Below, in pieces: positions 32,697 through 33,256 of a stretch of 33,256 nucleotides of DNA. The first letter of the stretch is position 1. Every line of letters starts with the position of its first letter. The stretch comes from a virus. A program made the position numbers and the translations under genes. Under the pieces are notes generated by a model. The model was given only the letters and a program-made list of their open reading frames with translations, was not told the DNA's origin and did no database searches. The stretch spans positions 1 through 33,256 of the IMG/VR virus record IMGVR_UViG_3300045988_130193. One strand, given 5' to 3'.

Positions 32697-33253
32697 TATT
32701 TGTCCTCCTTTTTTGCAAATAGTTTACTTAATATTTCACTTGCTTTATTGATAGACATATCTTCTAGTCTTTCAAGATTATTTACTTCTAATAATTTTGT
32801 TAAGTTTTCTCCTTGATAATATTTAGATAATAATTCTATTTGCTTAGGGCTTGCCTTTTTATCTTCTTTTTCTTCTTTACTTTGAATATTAGTAGTATCA
32901 CTATCTTTATTATCATCTATTCCAAATAAACCGTTTAAAGCATATTTTCGAGCATAACTACTACTTGCTCCAGTTATTTGACTTCCATCCATTCCTTTTT
33001 TTGTTTCTTCTTCTCTTGCATAAGCACTATTACTTATAGTTGCCTCGCTTTCAGTATCAATAAGTGTTGCTGTTGCTTTTATGTAGTATCTATTTCCTAT
33101 ATATTGAAGTTCATCACTTATTGTTAACACTACCTTTTCTTTTTTTAATAAAGGTTTTACTGCCTCTAAAATGTCCTCGCAACTTCTGTAAGCATATTTA
33201 CCGAAATCATTGTATTGTCCTTTTGGTGCTTTTAATTCTTGCTGAATATTCAT
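32696..33253 (-). CDS. erf: Erf-family single-strand annealing protein
   Basis: KYAYRSCEDILEAVKPLL...GASSSYARKYALNGLFGIDDNKD are ERF-family motifs. A likelier start (MKEINIKL-MNIQQ..., GGAG RBS) lies 24 nt upstream, beyond the window end. It is visible at 138..140 because of the terminal overlap. Confidence 0.85.
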   Translation of the reverse strand: MNIQQELKAPKGQYNDFGKYAYRSCEDILEAVKPLLKKEKVVLTISDELQYIGNRYYIKATATLIDTESEATISNSAYAREEETKKGMDGSQITGASSSYARKYALNGLFGIDDNKDSDTTNIQSKEEKEDKKASPKQIELLSKYYQGENLTKLLEVNNLERLEDMSINKASEILSKLFAKKEDK

Positions 33254-33256
33254 TAA
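33138..33256. repeat. Terminal overlap, identical to 1..119
   Basis: Exact 119-nt identity with the window start. Confidence 0.9.

Noticed and set aside
1-33256. CRISPR arrays, integrase/attP, toxin-antitoxin pairs, or stop-codon reassignment
   Set aside because: There are no regularly spaced repeats and no tyrosine or serine recombinase motifs. Genes terminate normally (mostly TAA) under the standard code, with no in-frame stop clusters apart from the intron and the A8 site.

Overview
The window is one complete, circularly closed genome of a very AT-rich tailed phage. It looks siphovirus-like (no sheath gene), and its signals are Firmicutes/Clostridia-type: GGAGG ribosome-binding sites and TTGACA/TATAAT promoters. 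The first 119 nt are identical to the last 119 nt (1..119 = 33138..33256), so the unique unit is 33,137 bp. Every credible gene is on the minus strand; the plus-strand ORFs in the track are low-complexity shadows.

In transcription order (descending coordinates, wrapping at the junction):
- Early accessory genes (4139 down to 1570).
- A replication/recombination module: DnaD-like organizer with internal iterons, SSB, Erf annealase, PD-(D/E)XK nuclease, HTH proteins and an HNH endonuclease.
- About 20 tiny, translationally coupled ORFs.
- A ParB-like / DpdA-like / YhhQ module, a candidate system for 7-deazaguanine DNA modification by precursor salvage.
- TerS, a DUF1064 nuclease, a 285-bp structured non-coding region, then TerL.
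- Portal, MuF-like protein, scaffold, capsid, connectors and major tail protein.
- A tape-measure gene interrupted by an ORF-less 237-nt group I intron.
- Tail/baseplate proteins, three candidate receptor-binding proteins, then holin and amidase endolysin.

No integrase, repressor, tRNA or CRISPR array was seen. All homology calls come from motif recognition by eye, not from database searches.
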